DNA of 64,000 nt from Eledone cirrhosa (GCA_964016885.1 OZ024743.1:125798001-125862000); one strand, 5' to 3'; numbered from the stretch's first letter, positions 34,344 through 47,739 are shown. The notes: generated from the sequence alone by a model not told the origin. Numbers and translations: made by a program.

Positions 34344-34885
34344 GGAGGCACATGGCTTAGTTGTTAGAGCATTGGCCTTGCAATCAAAAGGTTGTGAGTT
34401 CAATTCTCAGACCGGGTCACATGTTGTTTCCTTGAGCAAGACACTTTATTTCACATTGCTCCAGTTTACTCAGCTGTAGAAATGAGATGATAGGGACTGA
34501 GGTCCCTATCATTCCACTGCTAAGTGGACGTGCAGGTGCCACGGCAAAAAAGCATCGAGCACTCACTGTAAATGAGGTTGGTGTTAGGAAGGGCATCCAG
34601 CTGTAGAAATCAAGCCAGAATCAGTTTCCGTCCCACCCTTGCAAGCAGGGAAAAGCAGACGTAAAAATGATGATGATGAAACGTGTAGGCCCCCACGGCA
34701 AAAAAGCACCCAGCACTCACTGTAAATGTGGTTGGTTAAAGGAAGGGTATCCAGCTGTAGAGATCAAGCCAGAATCAGTTCCCGTATGAGCAAGGCATGG
34801 TCAGCCGACCAGACACTGCCCACAACAGGACAACCCGTCTAACCCATGCTAGCGTAGAAGAACGGACGTAAAACGGTGATGATGA
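34344..34885 (+). mobile_element. tRNA-head SINE with RTE tail (34344-34678) followed by a short RTE-B 3' UTR insertion
   Basis: A and B boxes (tggcttagttg, gagttcaattc); two successive (GAT)n tails. Confidence 0.82.
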
Positions 34886-35382
34886 AACCCCTGAATAGTG
34901 TGCAGTCCACAACTTTGGGCATACCCACAAAAATCACTGGAAAAAAGATATTTGTTATTTAAATCTGAAAAAAGTAAAAAGAATAAACATACAAATTTGA
35001 CAAAAATCAGAGCAATGCCTTTCTGAAGAAGTCAGTCTAAAGCAGTGATGTGAAATAATCACTGATTCGTGTAGAAAGTGGGGTTTGTTGGAGGGCTGGA
35101 CTTAGGAGCAGGAGCAGTGCTCATGGCCTTCATAGAATGATTGATGCCATTGGTGTTCTGCTTAAAGAATTACATGTCAACATTTGTAAGAAAGAGATGA
35201 GCAGAGAGGTGCCAACATTCTAGGCAGGTTGGACTGGGTGTCGGGGTGGGGAGGACACAGCGTGAGTGATAAGAGGAGGAAAGACAATTGTGTCAGGAGT
35301 GCCTGAGTGAAAGTGGCACGAGACTACCTAAATAGAAGATTTGGCCTCTTTTGGAAGTTATTTGATATATTTTTTCTTTCAG

Positions 35383-35486
35383 CCACCTTGATGATAAAAC
35401 ATCTCAAAACTTCAGCAGTGGTGGTTATTTTTGTCCACAGTGCAGAAGTAAATATTGCGAACTTCCTATTGAATGCAAAGCCTGTG
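35383..35486 (+). CDS. GTF2H2: GTF2H2 exon J: [34 protein letters not shown](A), C4 zinc finger
   Basis: tttcag acceptor, gtgaat donor; [16 protein letters not shown] motif. Confidence 0.96.
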
Positions 35487-36697
35487 GTGAATATCATTTA
35501 GATTTTTTTCCAAAATTTGAAACAAATTAACAACAATTTTCTTTCAGAATTCTGAATGAAATACAATGTAAATTGATGAAACACATTTCCATACTATTGT
35601 TTTGACAGACAACTTTTTAAAACCATTTTCATTGCTAAAGCATAGAGTCCTTTTTGAGGAAATATTTTACAACTCTTTCTTTTTACAACCACAAAGATAC
35701 AGTATATCTAGTCTAAACTGGATACATACAACTCGGATTTTAAATATTTTTCTAGCTGAATTCTTTAAAATCCAAGTAGTTTTTTTTTAAAACATCTTCG
35801 TAAATCTTAGGAAATTAGCCTTAACCACATTAATACCAATTTTCCTAAAACTGTTCTTGGTTCTATGATAGTAAACTGTATATTTTAAAATGTTTATTAT
35901 TTGTCTAAATGTCGATTTGACAGAATCATCAGGGTGTCAGATTAAAAATCCTTCAGTATTTGTTCCAGTTCACTACTATCTGAATTCAAATCCTGCCACA
36001 GTTAACTTAGCCTTTCGTCCTTTTAAGGTCATTAAATAAAGGGCCAGTCCAGCACTGGGGGCAATTCTTTCTATGGAAGAAATTTACTGTAATCTGATCT
36101 AGAGAAAGATAGGCTCTGCCAGGTTTTAAAGGACCAAGCCACAATGTGTATCAAGATGGTGACCCTACAACTCCATCAGGAGTTAAGAGTGCTCTATCTT
36201 ACCTATATTTATCTAAAAAAAAACTTCCATCATAATTAACATCAGTTTATTAATTTAAAAAATGAGTTATTTTACTAAATCCCTCCAATTTCTTGAATAT
36301 TTTAAAAATGATTTCAAAATAACAGGCAGTGTCTTTCATTAGTAATGAAAGTGTTAACACCTGAAAAGCCATTATATAGAACAGAGCTTTCCAAACTTTT
36401 CATATTGGCAACACACTTTTTAGAAACAACATTTTTCATGATAGACTTTCGATTAGGCTTTGTTAGCAATGTAAAATTTATGACAAAGTTTGACAGATCT
36501 CAAATATACTTCACAGCCAAATATTTGTAAAAATTAATCAGCTTTCACTTAATATCAGTAGCACACTGATATGTCACAATACACAGTTCAGAAATATATG
36601 TTATAGTGCATTGTTCCAGAATTCTTTAAGAAATATTGAACAATATTTGTTTTATTTATATATATTTTTGAATATATTTGTCACTCTATATTTCTAG

Positions 36698-36806
36698 CTC
36701 TAACTTTAGTCTCAGCTCCTCATTTGGCTCGTTCATACCACCACTTATTCCCACTTGCTAATTTTAAAGAAGTTACAGCAGAAGAAACTATCAAAGACAA
36801 ACCTCA
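36698..36806 (+). CDS. GTF2H2: GTF2H2 exon K: [35 protein letters not shown](H)
   Basis: tttctag acceptor, gtaagt donor; invariant [19 protein letters not shown] motif. Confidence 0.97.
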
Positions 36807-38906
36807 GTAAGTATATTAATGTTGTCATCAGCAGCGGTGATGGATTGGTAAAGCAAGTAGTGAACAGAATGCTTTGCTGTATTTGATCATTACATTCTGA
36901 GTTTGAATCTTACCAAGGTCAATATTGTCTTTCATCTTTCTGGGGATGATAAATAATATACAAGTCAAATATTTGGGTTGGTTCTATCGATTCTCCCCTC
37001 CTTCCTGCAAATCTAAAAGTGCCAATAAAAATCAAAATCAAAAAAATAAATGCATCATACAGATGTCCTTTTATTCACAGAAATAAACCTTTTGTTGTCA
37101 GTAGGGGTAATAGTTCTCTGAACTTTTTTTTATCCTGTTCCTATTCTAGCTACTATGCTTTCAGAGCAACCACCTCCTCTGCTAATTAGGTCCCCTTAGT
37201 ACAAGAAGCTATCAATTACTTCTATAGTACCTACTTTCCTGGGATTGGAAAAAAGTTTATTTCACTGCGGTTATTATTACAAACTACCTCTGTGTATTTG
37301 GCACATGGAAACTCTACCTTTTCTGTTAGACTGCCTACTATCCAATTACAACTCTAGTGTAAATATATTTTATTTTAAGGGCAGAACATGAACAAAATAC
37401 TTTGCAATATCTAGTCATGTTTTTTTACATTTAAGTTCAAATCCTGTTGGGATCATCTTTGTCTTTTACCCCACTGAGGTTGATAAAATAAAGTACTTGA
37501 GTAAATTAATTAACTATATGGCTCCCCTAAAATTTGAATGCCTTGAGGTATTTGTTCTGGCTGTTGCTGCTATGAGTTTATGGAACAGTAATGAATCATC
37601 TACATGTATTTCATAGTTTGATACCCATACATCTAAACATTTTCCCTCTCTGTTTTAGTTAGGGAGGGAAGAGTGCACATGACCCTTTCCAAGATTTCCA
37701 AGAAGAAAGTGGGAGGGAGTGATTGAGAGAGGCATTCATACCAGGTCTCCAGTTTAAGGATACCTGGTATGAATGCCTGCAACAGAGTGGACTGCTATAG
37801 GCATCCAAGATCCAGGTGGTGGTGTTAAACTGGGTGATGGATTAAGTCTACCACATAAGTAGGCCGCCCTGGGATTTGAACTCAAAACATGAGCTGGAAT
37901 AAATACTGCAAGGTATTTTGTCTAATGCTCTAAGGATGAAAGACAAAGTTGACTTTGACAGGATTTGAATTTTGAGCTCGGCTGGTATAAATGTTGCAAT
38001 ATATTTTGTCCTTCACTCTACCAATTCATCACCTCATACATATATATCACAAGTTAGTGAAGGAATTTCTACATTGCTGCTTTAGTGTGTTTAATGTGAA
38101 TGACAAATGTTATTTTAATAATCTCTCCTCTTATATTTGCCAACATCCTTAATATAATTGTGAGATTTTTGCCCCTGCTCTCTATTGTTAGCATAGATTG
38201 AATCAGTTTAAAACTGTTTCCCAACATGGGTTCGATGAAACCTCAGAGTTCTGCAAAAAAAAGAAATATGGCATTCTGTGTTAAGAGATGTCTTTTGATA
38301 AATTTTAGTAAAAATGTATAAAATTTTTTATATAAATAAATTCTTTTGATAAATTTCATTTTATTTAATTAATAGCTGTTCAAAAGTTTCGATGGTGGGG
38401 ATAGTCCTGAAAATATTGGTATGAGATAGTCCTGAAAATATAGGTATGGGATCTGTGATTTGGGGAAAATCATAGGTCTTTGCAATGAAATAAGTTTCTG
38501 TACCATTGCTTTAGAGTATCTCACCTCTCTTTTCCTCACTATCATTAGGTAGCTTTTCTGTGCTATCAAATTATGGCCAGCTTCTTACTTTCCTCTTCAT
38601 ATGAACTAGTTTTATGTCATCATCATTTAGCATCCATTTTTCCTGCTATCAAAAATTAGAAGGGTTGTTACAGACCAAGTCGGTACTTAGCTGGAGCTAC
38701 TGACCTCTCAGCCAGGCCAGGAGACACATCTCACTTACACATATTTCTGTACGCTATAGAGTGTATTGGGTGTTTTATTGTGACATGAGCATTAGAGAGC
38801 TTGTCATGTCTTTGAAACAAATGAAGAGTCTTTGTTTCACAACTTTCAACACCTGGATGCCTTTCCTATCTCCAACCACTGTATATTTGCTTTAATGTTG
38901 TTTCAG

Positions 38907-38946
38907 TTTTTGCTATGGTTGCCAGATTTCTCTAAAGGACAAAAAT
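38907..38946 (+). CDS. GTF2H2: GTF2H2 small exon L (40 nt): FCYGCQISLKDKN
   Basis: tttcag acceptor, gtaagt donor; FCYGCQ motif. Confidence 0.93.
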
Positions 38947-39020
38947 GTAAGTAAAACCTACTTAAATATTTTCTTATTCTTTGTTTTTTCTATACTTGTC
39001 ATATCTGTATATGTATATTA

Positions 39021-39740
39021 TTGGCCAAAACACTGTACAATGCAGTTCATAAAAAAGATAGCCCCGATAATAAACACATTAAAAGCTACAGCAATGTGGA
39101 AGACATCCATGTACATAATATGAAAGAGTACTGGTGGAATGTTCCAGTAAAAACCCCAATAAAATGCAGGCATAACAGACCAGATATTATGATATGGGAC
39201 AGGGAAAAGAAGGCATGCAAGTAGTGGAAATTAGCTGTCCAGCAGATGCCAATGTAATATCAAAGATTGGCGAAAAGGAGAATATTTGTGCAGGACTGAT
39301 GAGAAATCTGCAGATACTCCACCCTGATTACACCTTCAGATTTATGCCTGTGATTATTGGGGCACTGGGGTATGTTAGTAACTGCCTCAATACAAATCTT
39401 GAGAAGCTAGGCTTCACAGGAACAGAAAGAACACAACTAGTTAGGAAATTAAAAGTACAATCCATTAATGGAACAGTAAAAATATGTAAAACGTTCCAGA
39501 AATTTTGCATCTAATAACTGCATATACACATGAACAGATACAAAGCATATACACATGCACACATACAACTCAAAACATACACATCCACACATACAATAAC
39601 ATCCATATCTACACATGCAGACATGCATACAATCTACCTAGTCGATGTGTAAATTCCAATGAGAGAGTCTTGTGTCTATGTTAGTAACCCACTCTCTCTC
39701 TATTGGTAAACATTTGTGAAATTATAAAACCAGAAGAACA
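39021..39740 (+). mobile_element. 3' fragment of an R4/Dong-like non-LTR element (restriction-like endonuclease)
   Basis: HNRPDIMIWD...VVEISCP...KE..., PVIIGALG; frameshifted. Confidence 0.8.
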
Positions 39741-39845
39741 TACATACATACATACATATATACATAAATACATACATTTACGTATGTATATAGCTATGCA
39801 TTTATATATTTGTATATATACATGCATTTATATTTAAGTGTGTAA

Positions 39846-39891
<46 letters not shown>

Positions 39892-39991
39892 ATAATATAT
39901 ATTTATATATAATACACACACACACACACATTTCTTACTCTCTCTGTCCTTCCCTCTTTCTCTCTTCATTTATATATATATATATATATAT
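39738..39991. repeat. Compound (CATA)n/(TA)n/(TG)n/(CA)n microsatellite
   Basis: Direct reading. Confidence 0.9.
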
Positions 39992-40669
39992 GGCGTTGTT
40001 ATTAGGCATTGTTGAATAGAGCAGTAGCCTTTGACCTGGCAATAAAAACTGGAGACAAAATTCTTTCTGTACCAAAACCAAGGCACACATACACATAAGT
40101 TTGTGTGTGTGTATGTGTATCTATCTATGTATATATATATAAGGGATACAGATATGGCTTTCCCACTGTCACCAAGCTTCTCATTTCATTCGTTGCTACG
40201 ATGTATATTATTTTGCAAGGTACTATTTTTCCCCTGAGTTTGTGATTTCAGAGAAAGGTAAGAAATTCTTCATATTCTGCATCTTTTGTATTTTGACTTT
40301 ACAATTTGAATTGTAAAATTGTCTATCTACTCAAAATATTACAACAGCTAACAGTGAAATATATAATTTTAAAAAAAAAGCTTTTTCGACTGAGATCAAA
40401 TTTTTTTTGTTTTTTTTTTTTCAAAAATATATAATTTGAAATAGGTTGCTTTTGTTTTGGACTGAAACTTTTTTGTATTTAATTTGTGCAAGTATTTTTT
40501 AAAGATTCTAACATAACTTGATTTGGTCCAGTAATTTACTGATATCAAAATCAGTAGTATATTGAAAAAAGGAAAAATGGGGGGGGGGGGGCGTTTCGTG
40601 ATTTTGAGGGGCAAAAGGGGGCGTTTGGCCGGAATGGGTTGAGAACCTTTGTACTAGATGAAGCCTCAA

Positions 40670-41620
40670 CATGGAGTACGGGGAATTAGAATTATATAAC
40701 ATGGAAGACAAATGGAAACTCCTGCAAGACAACATATTGAGGGCTACAGATGAGACTTGAACACAGTACCAGCTAAACAGGAGACATTGTGGTGGAACTG
40801 TACTGTAGATAGGGCCACCAAAGCTAAGAGACAGGTTTGGAAATGCAATATTTAGTAACTAAGAAAGAAGCTAGATGTCAGGTCTATTTAGCAGAAAGGA
40901 AGAGGTTTGTTAATGTTCTATGATGTGAGGAGCAGAAGTGAGAGGTGTTTTAGATTGCAAGACAGTGTACAAGAGAAAACCAAGATGCTGTTGGGAAGAA
41001 ATGCATACAGAATGACAACTCAATTTCCTGTACTAACACCAACAAGATGCATAGAAGTGTTATTATAACAAGCTGCTGAATGAGGAAAATACATGAGAGT
41101 CTACCTCAAATTTACCCAACTGAGGTACCAGCCATTCAAGGTTAACAGCAGTCTGGTAGATAAAGCTATTAAGGATATGATGTTAAGGAAAGCAGCTGGC
41201 TATTCAGGGATTGCTGCTGAGATGGTTAAATTATCCAGTGGACTAAGACACAGGTTGGTGACCTGTATAGTAAACCCATAGACTAGCATAGTAGCATCAT
41301 TGTCAACAGCTACAATAGTAAAGATGCTCTAGAGAGAGATATTTACATAGGCATCACATTGCTGGATCAGGTGATGAAAGTTTCTGAAAGAGAGATGGAA
41401 AACTGATTAGAGACAAAATTAATCCTGATGGGATGCAGTTTGGTTTTTATCAGTGGGGAAGCTCTACCAATGCCATCTTCCTAGTGATAAGTACTTAGTT
41501 ACGAATAAACCCCTAGCATTTGTTGACCTAGTAAAGGCCTTTGACAGAATCCCATGCTCTGTAATATGATGGATGCTTAGGAAGTCAGAAATAGATGAAT
41601 GGCTTGTGAGGGTATACAAG
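40670..41620 (+). mobile_element. Degraded RTE LINE fragment
   Basis: VDKAIKDM..RKAAG.SGIAAEM, AFVDL.KAFDRIP. Confidence 0.82.
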
Positions 41621-41840
41621 CCAAGTTTAGAGGTACAGCACTGTAACACAGAAAGAAAATGTGAAGAGAGACCACAGACTACATTATTGGTGATCAAACA
41701 GACAATATAGACGCTTTAGTCTGGTCTAGCACCCAGTATACCCTGTAAAGTGTTAGTATTGGTACCACAAAAATACAAAATCCATTTATTTTCATCTTCT
41801 TTTATTATTTACAATATTTTCCATTTGTGTGTCTTTTTAG

Positions 41841-41978
41841 ATATATATTTGCACCAAATGTAACCAGAACTTCTGTATAGACTGTGACCTATTTGCTCAC
41901 GAAACCTTACACTGTTGTCCTGGCTGTTCCTCATCCCGTTCAACCCAACAGATTGGATTCATGGAATCTCTCACATAA
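41841..41978 (+). CDS. GTF2H2: GTF2H2 terminal coding exon M: [45 protein letters not shown]
   Basis: tttttag acceptor; FC.DCD.F.H..LH.CPGC RING-like motif; TAA stop. Confidence 0.96.
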   Translation: MYICTKCNQNFCIDCDLFAHETLHCCPGCSSSRSTQQIGFMESLT

Positions 41979-42008
41979 TTTCCTTTATTATAGCCATCGA
42001 TGTCCCTG

Positions 42009-42014
42009 AATAAA
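42009..42014 (+). terminator. Candidate polyadenylation signal of GTF2H2
   Basis: AATAAA 30 nt after the stop codon. Confidence 0.5.
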
Positions 42015-42294
42015 CACTATAGTCTATTCTTATAATCGCCTATTCTTGTTATTATTTTTCATTTTTGCAAATGACTCTATTGGGGGAGCACAATCCAAAC
42101 AAAGTAAATATACCAAGTGCAGACATGGCTGTGTTGTTCAGAAGTTTGCTTCACAACCACATAATCTTGGGTTCAGTCTCACTATACAGCACCTTGTGCA
42201 AATGTTTTTTCACTATAGCCTTGAGTCAACTAATGGCATTTATGAAAATTAGGAAGACTGGCAACTGTAAAGATATTTGTAATATATGTAATAT

Positions 42295-42910
42295 CATCAC
42301 CATCATTATCATCGTCTTTTTACATCCATTTTCCAATGCTTGCAGGAACCCTATCCAGCACATCTTCCCTTCACTTGTTGCATTCCTTTGCCATTTGTAG
42401 TGTATAATTCACCATCCTCAGATCAGGTCTTATGCACACTAACATCATACATACATCAAAACATGCTCACTTCATTTCTCTCCAGCTTTTGTATCTCCTC
42501 AGCAGTTACTGCCCATGTCTCACTTCCATGTAGCATTGCACTTCACATGCAGGCATCATACAGATGACCTTTTATTCGCAGAAAGAAACCTTTCAGAGCA
42601 ACCTCCTCCTCTGCTAATTAGGTCCCCTTGGAAACAGAAGCTATCAACTACTTCTATGATACCTACCTTCCTGGGATTGGAAAAAAGTTTATTTCACTGG
42701 GGTTATTATCACAAACTACCTCTGTGTATCTGGCATATAGAAACTCTACCTTTTCTGTTAGACTGCCTACTATCCAATCACATCTCTTATGTACATATAT
42801 TATATATTGTATACATCATATAGAGTTCCTACCTATTCCTTTTCTACATATCAAACACAGCCACTTCCCTGAAGGAATCAGAATCCTCTCTCCTTTCTGT
42901 ATCTCCAAGT
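42295..42910 (-). mobile_element. Degraded RTE LINE 3' fragment
   Basis: Homologous to the RTE PHD/C-terminal region; related piece at about 37150-37360. Confidence 0.75.
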
Positions 42911-43149
42911 GACAACATTTAAAGCAAACTAATGATTGTTTATATTCTGCATAAAAAGCTCTGTCCTAAAGCTTGTGGTTCAGCAGAAGTCATCATTATA
43001 TACCATGATATACCATGATATATACCATCATTATATACCATGTTATAACAAGGTATGGGTTGCTGTTTGAAAGTTTCTTCTCTTGAATAAAGAGGTGCGA
43101 ATTTGGAATCCTTTTATACTAGAATGAAGAGATGTCTTTGTATCTTTTT

Positions 43150-43525
43150 TAGTGCCGCAAAGCCTGAGACATTTGTCCTCTCAAGGAAGCCTAAACAGTG
43201 CACTCTACATGTGAGTAGAGTTCCATTGAAGTAGGTAGAGAAGTTCAAGTATCTTGAGGCCATGTTCACGAGTGATGGAAGGCAGGAGGCTGAATTAAGT
43301 GCAAGAATTGTTGGAGCCGGTGCAACAATGTGCCAGCTTCAGCATTCAGTTATCAGAAGAAGGGAGGTAGATGTAAAAGCCAAACTTGCTATCTTTAATT
43401 TGATATTCATGTCTACCCTTACCTATATATGGTCATGAATCTTGGGAAACGACTGCAAGAATACGATCGCTAATACAAGCGGCTGAAATGGGGTTCCTCT
43501 AAAGAGTCTTTTGGAGTAACGTTAT
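43150..43525 (+). mobile_element. Rex3/Expander-like RTE fragment
   Basis: VEKFKYL..MFTSDGRQEAELSARI...AKLAIFNLIFMSTLTY/GHESW...IQAAEMGFL. Confidence 0.75.
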
Positions 43526-46268
43526 TAATCTATTGAACTGTTTTAGTTCAACAGCATGATAACACTGGCTAGATGAATGCATAGCCTAGTGGTTAGGGTG
43601 TTGAGCTTACAACCATAAGATCATGGGTTCAATCCCCTGATCAGATGTTGCATTATGCCAATGAGCAAACTACTTCAGTTTGCTTTAGTTCCCTCAGCTG
43701 AAAATGAGTACATTCCTTCCACCAGTCTGAAGAGCCATGAAATGGGCACTGCTCTTCCTTCCCTGACTAAAACAATAAAAGAAAATAAACTTTGAAAACA
43801 AATTTATACAATACTATCTAAGGATAATATTTTGTCATCATCATCATATGTTTTTGCATGTTTTTTTATTTCATGCAGGCACAGATTGTACAAATGCCCA
43901 AGCTTATGGTTTCATTGAGATTATAAGAAACTGAGAGTACCAGATGAACAGGATGCCATTGTCACAAGGTTACTCCCAATTGCTTCTGGTATTTATTTTC
44001 AGCTCATTGAACTGGTACAATGTGGAATGAAGTGTCTTGTTCAAAGACACAATGTGCCACCTCGACCAGGAATCAAACTCATGACTGCATGATTGTAAAA
44101 TTAACACCCTTATCACTAGGTTGTGGTTTCATGGATATATTGTAAATCTAAAATAATTTATATTTTTTTCTGGACATTGCTCTCAGATTGATTAAATGTG
44201 ACTGTATATTATAAGTATGCCATTACTTCCAATCCTAGCTTAACCCTTTACATTACTGTATATTTACTATTGTATTTTTACAGTAAAGGCTTTACCTCAC
44301 ATAATATTGAATCTATGATTTTGATATTATTTATTTTGAGAACAACACATTAATGTCGGTATGAGCAGCTAGTTGTGGCTGGTTTGAACAGAAAGAGGTA
44401 AAAGAATTCTGGCTAGATATAGCCAGTTTAAATGCTAAAGGGTTAATTCATATATGTAAAAAATTTGTTGAAAGGACTTGGCAGTCAGATAAAGGATATG
44501 ACAACCTCACTAGTGCTAGTGCCCCAATAGAAAAACACTTAATACATTCTGTAAAGTGATGGGCATTAGGAATGGCATCTTGCTGTAAAAATATTGCCAA
44601 ACAAAGGGTTGAGAAGAATTTTCAGTTGTATCAAGTACAAAGTAACATCTCTAGTAATAGTGCTATGAAAAATTTACTAGATACAGCCTACAAAATGGTT
44701 AGCAGTAAAAAGGTCATTCATAGAAACTATGCCAAAAACAAGTAGAGATCACTTTTCAGTTGCATGAGATTCAAAATACCATCTCTAGTACTGATGCATG
44801 ATAAACTGCACCCAGTCATCATCATCATCATCATTTTACATCCGCTTTTCTCTGCTTACAAGGGTGGGATGGGTCCTCTTCAGCACAGCATCTCTCCTTT
44901 TGTCACGGTCCTTCGTCATCTCCTCTGTGAGCTTCAGCAATTCGAGGTCAGCTCTCACCACCTCCGCCCATATTTTCTGTGGTCTTCCTCTATTGCGTCT
45001 TCCTTCCACTGTGTAAAGTACTCAGCATTAGGAAGGGTATCCAAGTGTGGAAACCATGCCAAAACTGGTATGTATGTAACCAAGACTTTGCCTCCCGACA
45101 TATCTAGCAAAACAGTAACTCCAGTTAAGAACTGACTTGATCTGTAACAACTCGTCCAATCTTCACTAGTATGGAAGAAAACAAATGTAAAATGATGATG
45201 ATGATGATAACATTAGCTTTAACTCAGTTATTATTCATCATATTGATTTCTTTCAATATGTACTATTGTATTAACTAGTTTGTATTGCCATTGGCTTTTG
45301 ATATTGATACTAAAGAATAATTAATGTGCATAAATATATTACACACTCTTTATTTCTGCTTCACTTTCAATGTTTTCTCATATTGTATGGGCTACTTAAT
45401 TACTGTTTGTAAGGATTTAGCAGAAAATATCTAAAAAATGGGTTTGTTAATTCAAATTTTTATAGTGTCTTTACTGGTGGACAGATCATTGTGAAAATGT
45501 GTGGGATTAGATAGAGTAGATATTTAAATTTTTAATGTGAAGTAGTCATAATGTTATACTTTTCAAAAATGTCTCACTAATGTAGTTTCATGAGGTACAG
45601 GATGTTGAAAGTTAAATCTATTTCTAATAAGTACAACAGTCTTCACAAGATATACCCAATCAATGGTATCCTTGTTATGGTAAAATTTTTGTGGTATTAT
45701 ATGTCTACTGAATGTTTGAATATGGTCAAGACTATTAAATGTATTGGGATAGTTTTTTGTTTTTATGGTGCTACTTTGATGGCAGTGCCCAGCTTTAACA
45801 GGCAGCTGAAGATTTTAAATTACTCTTCTGGGTGTATATATAATTATCGTAAAAATAACAAATACAACTTAATGTGTTATTGAATTATTAATTAATATTT
45901 CCCTGTGAAGTGCTGACAATGTATTGACTGAATGTTTTCATGCAACTCACTCAGACAACAGTATTACATAAGAGGAAATAATTAAAATAAACATGAGTTG
46001 ATAAAAAGAAGTAAAATTAAATACACCCCTTGCACTTTGTAAAGTAGTTGGTAAATGAGCAGAGATAGCATAGCATTAAGAGGACTTCTTAGTTCTTCTG
46101 AGAACATAACAACCTCTAGTGTTAATGTCATGATAAAATGACCAAGGGCAACATAGAGTTAAGAGAATCTGTTTATCCTGCTGAGAATGTAACTCCTCTA
46201 GTGTTAATGCCATGACAAAATACACCCAGTACACTCTATAAAGTGGTTGGCAAATGAATAGAGACAGC

Positions 46269-47556
46269 ATGGCCTTGCTCAGTATGTAGGAAAGGTGTAG
46301 GTAGGAACTCCATTCTCTGCCCCAAATGCAAACAATGGGTACACAAGAGATGTAGCGGGATCTCAGGAAGCTTAATTAAGAATGTAGTGTTAATGCCATG
46401 ACAAAATACACCCAGTACACTCTATAAAGTGGTTGGCAAATGAATAGAGACAGCATGGCCTTGCTCAGTATGTAGGAAAGGTGTAGGTAGGAACTCCATT
46501 CTCTGCCCCAAATGCAAACAATGGGTACACAAGAGATGTAGCGGGATCTCAGGAAGCTTAATTAAGAATGTAGGATTCACATGCAGCAGCTGTGCTGAAA
46601 CAGCAAGCAAACAGCCACAGGAAACAAGTACCACCAATCTCTGGGAGGGCCCTGTAGAAACAGTAGACAGCTTCTGCTACCTAGGTGACCGAATTAGCAA
46701 CGGAGGTGGGTGCTCAGAAAGTACAATAACTAGGGTAAGAACGGGATGGAAGAAGTTTAGGGAACTACTACACTGCTAGCTGCAAAAGGCTTCTCCCTCA
46801 GAATGAAAGGCAGACTGTATGATGCGTGTATCCGAACAGCGATGTTGCATGGTAGTGAAACCTGGGCGCTGAAGGTGGAAGACTTACGTAGATTAGAGAG
46901 AAACGAAGCCTGCATGCTCCGATGGATGTGTAACAGTAATATACGTGAACGACAAAGCATAAAGGAATTGAGAGAGAGACTGAGCATAAGAGGAATCAAA
47001 TGCTGCGTGCAGGAGAGGCGGTTACGCTGGTATGGACATGTGATGCGTATGAAGGATGACAGCTGCATAAAAAGGTGCAGAGCACTAGAAGTTGATGGAA
47101 ACCGCGGAGTGGGGAGACCCAAGAAGACCTGGGATGAGGTGATAAAAGCCGACCTTACCCAATTACACCTCTCAAAGGCGATGACACACGACCGTGACTT
47201 CTGGCGTCACGCAGTAATACAGGGTTCCCGACCTCCCATGGGTACATGCTGAAGCATATAAACAATATCCCCCCCCACCGCAAGGTGGTCGTAGAGGTGC
47301 CACGGCAAAAAAGCACCCAGCCCACACTGTAAAGTGGACGTGTAGGCGCCACGAAAAAGCACCCAGCACTCACTGTAAATGTAAATGAGGTTGGTGTTAG
47401 GAAGGGCATCCAGCTGTAGAAATCAAGCCAAATCAGTTCCTGTATGAGCAAGGCATGGTCAGCCGACCAGACACTGCCCACAACAGGACAACCCGTCTAA
47501 CCCATGCTAGCGTGGAAGAACGGACGTAAAACGGTGATGATGATGATGATGATGAT
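46269..47556 (+). mobile_element. 5'-truncated RTE LINE subfamily B with a duplicated 5' junction
   Basis: Near-identical to the reverse complement of 25626-26720; 186-bp direct repeat 46199-46570. Confidence 0.92.
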
Positions 47557-47739
47557 AGGGTTGAAAGGAATTCTTGGTCCTGCTGAGGACATTATAATCT
47601 CTAATGTTAATGCTATGATAAAATGCAACCAGTAAAATGGTTGATAAATAAACAGATTCAACACAGAATTAAGAAGATCTGCTGAGGACATAACCTATAG
47701 AGTGATCAGTGGTAAGAAACTGTCCCCTTGTTGCATTCC

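Noticed and set aside
34344-34420. tRNA genes in A/B-box sequences
   Set aside because: Degenerate cloverleaf continuing into SINE bodies; multi-copy
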